From: Chiloscyllium plagiosum | Lineage: Eukaryota | Direction of reading: 5' to 3' | Assembly: GCF_004010195.1 (NCBI RefSeq) | Contig: NC_057718.1 | Coordinates: 97,637,300-97,701,299, forward strand | Length of the DNA: 64,000 nucleotides | Shown: positions 61,554-64,000 of the stretch, one piece after another | How positions within the stretch are numbered: the first letter of the stretch is position 1 | Layout: each line of letters begins with the position of its first letter | Program-made: the position numbers and the translations under genes | Notes under the pieces: model-generated | What the model saw: only the letters and a program-made list of their open reading frames with translations | What the model was told of the DNA's origin: nothing | Databases searched by the model: none

Positions 61554-62718
61554 GTAAAGCATTTCTCTTGGTTACGCAGGGTTCTGTGATTCTGAGGTCA
61601 GAGTAGGTAAACCCAAAAATCCTGCCCTGCCAAAACTGAAGCTGAAAGGAACGTCTTGAGAATAAAATTCAGTTCTTTTTTATATATATAATGGTGTGGC
61701 TTCCAACAGAACTCTGTCATTGCAAGTGTGATAATAAACCAAGGCTCCACATTCATAGACACAGCAGGATGGGAGTGATAGTAGCAGTTTGTTTGCCTCT
61801 TTCTTCCTGGCGGAGATTACGGAGTCTGTAAATAGCTCACTGCCATCTCTGCATGTGTGTCTCAATACCTAAACAATTGGCAAATAACCACCTCCCGAAT
61901 CTGCTATGGCTTTCCTGAGATCCAGCTGTGCCGTGTGTGATTGGAAAGGTTTTCTTTTCCTGCGAATGCTGCAGTTCATTGTCCAAGGATTTAATTCCGA
62001 TTGTAATTTAAATCAATACAAGAAGCTGTTCTGCTCTGAACGTGAACATCTGATGCACTTTGTGAGTTTTGTTGCCTTTTCTGTGGGGTGGGTAATATCA
62101 CAATCTGCCCTACACCCCCTACACCTTTGTATAATTCTGTCTCTGTGGTTGTTTTATCTCTGAAGTATATTTGCTGTCCCCTTAATCCTGCGCATCAGTG
62201 TTGGCAGAAACCTATGGGATGGCAGTGAACTGTCTAAATGCATTAAAAACTGAAAGAACTGCTGATGCTGGACATCAAAAACAGAAACAAACATTGCTGG
62301 AAAAGCTCAGCAGGTCTACAAGCATCTTTGGGGAGAAATTAGAGTTAACATTTCGGGTGACCCTTCCTCACAAATGCTTAATGTATTATTAGTTGACTTG
62401 TGACGCTGTTGCTGACCATAATTTGGGATGTTACACAGGCTTTGTTGGTGTCACAACCATAGACATTGGTCCGAGTTTTCTGAGTAGGGTAGTGGTGAAC
62501 ATCATGAGCCTGGACCAGCACCACTTACGTGTCAACATTTTCATGCTCAGGTGCCACAGAGAATTGACCCTGCCCCCAAAGTCTCGTGCTTGATGCCTCG
62601 ATCATGCCCAGAGATTTGCTTCCTGACAAAAGTAGAGCAAGAATAGGCCATTTGGCCCTTCAGCTCTGCTTCTTCATTCAGAGTGACCACAGCTGGTCCT
62701 CTGTCTCAGCAAATCACA

Positions 62719-63043
62719 TCATAGAATCCTTACAGCATGGAAGCAGGCAATTGGCCTATTGAGTCCACACCGCCCCGTCCGAAAAATATCCCACCCAGAC
62801 CCATCCCCTATCCCTGTAACTGCACATTCCCCATGACTGAGCCACATCCCTGGACACAATGGGGCACTTTACTGGGCTAATCCACCCTAACATGCACGTC
62901 TTTGGACCGTGGGAGGAAACCGGAGCACACCCACGTAGACACGGGGAGAATGTGCAAACTCCACACAGACAGTCACCCGAGGCTGGAATCGAACCCAGGT
63001 CCCTGGTGCTGTGAGGTAGCAGTGCTAACCACTGAGCCACTGT
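62719..63043 (-). mobile_element. HE1-type SINE
   Basis: Reverse-complement full copy. Confidence 0.87.
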
Positions 63044-63353
63044 ATTCGTGATTTCTTCACATATTCCTTGATGCCATTAAAATCTAAAAAAAAATCTTTC
63101 TTTCTGAATATACTTGATCTCCACAGCCCTCTGTGGTAGAGAATTCAACAGGTTCTCAGTCCTTTGTGTGATAAAATGTTTCCTCATCTCAGTCCTAAAT
63201 GTATCCTTAGACTTTGACCCCTAGTTCTAGACTCCCCAGCCAGGAAAAACATCCTACATGCATGCAATCTTTGCAGCCCTGTGAGAATTTTCTGAGTTTC
63301 ACTCAGATCCCCTCTCATCCTTCTCATCTCAATATAAATGTCGGCCCAGTAAT

Positions 63354-63830
63354 AGAGTCATAGAGATGTACAGCACAGAAACAGACCCTTCGATCCAACT
63401 CATCCATGCCAACCAGATATCCTAAACTGATCTAGTCCCATTTGTAGTATTTGACCCATATCCCTCTAAACCCTTCATATTCATATACCCATCCAGATGC
63501 CTTTTAAATGCTGGAATTGTACCAGCCTCCACCACTTCCTCTGGCAGGTCATTCCATACACACACCACCCTCTGTGTGAAAAAGTTGACCCTTAGGTCCT
63601 TTTATATCTTTTCCCTCTCACCTTAAGGCTATGCCCTCTAATTTTGAACTCCCCTATCCTGGGAAAAAGTCCTTGCTTATTCACCCTATCCATACTCTCA
63701 TGGTTTTATAAATCTTGATAAGATCATCGTTCAGCCTCCGACACTGCAGGGAAAATAGCCCCAGTATATTCAACTTCTCCCTGTCACTTAAACTCTTGTA
63801 AATTTTTTCTGCACCCTTTTAAGTTTAACA
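63354..63830 (-). mobile_element. CR1/HER1 3' fragment
   Basis: Reverse complement of the 34400-34860 type. Confidence 0.87.
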
Positions 63831-64000
63831 GGAGACCAATCTCCCTTCATAGGACAGTCCTGCCATCCCCAATATAAACCTAGTTAAACCTCTGTTGCAC
63901 TCCCTTAATGGCAAGTCAATCCTTTATTTGGTAGGGAGACCAAAGCTGCATGCAGTACTCTAGGTGAGGTCTCACCAAAGTAAGACATCCCTACTTCCAA

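Overview
This is eukaryotic genomic DNA, very probably from a shark or other cartilaginous fish (inferred from HE1-type V-SINEs and CR1/HER1 LINE tails). The window lies entirely inside a + strand phospholipase C beta 1 gene (PLCB1). It contains ten consecutive, in-phase GT-AG coding exons (1,235 nt) covering the C2 domain and the proximal C-terminal coiled coil; the start and stop codons are outside the window. The introns are dominated by retroelements: ~17 near-full HE1 SINEs, many CR1 3' fragments, an RTE fragment, a decayed full-length Gypsy element with related solo LTRs, Tx1-like 3' ends, Penelope GIY-YIG fragments and a TA-flanked MITE. There are also two tRNA pseudogenes and a 336-N gap. 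Most notable: (1) two families of ~200-260 bp palindromic, TSD-flanked mini-elements carrying minimal hammerhead-ribozyme cores, in the best copy on both strands; (2) a stack of Tx1-like poly(A) 3' ends inserted repeatedly at one site in a Gypsy LTR, with the same site reused elsewhere; (3) a cryptic decayed relic of about three tandem C-type lectin domains that the ORF track misses; (4) two tRNA pseudogenes each followed closely by a co-oriented HE1 SINE. Family names come from recognising motifs, not from database searches. Repeat boundaries are approximate; exon and TSD coordinates were counted exactly.
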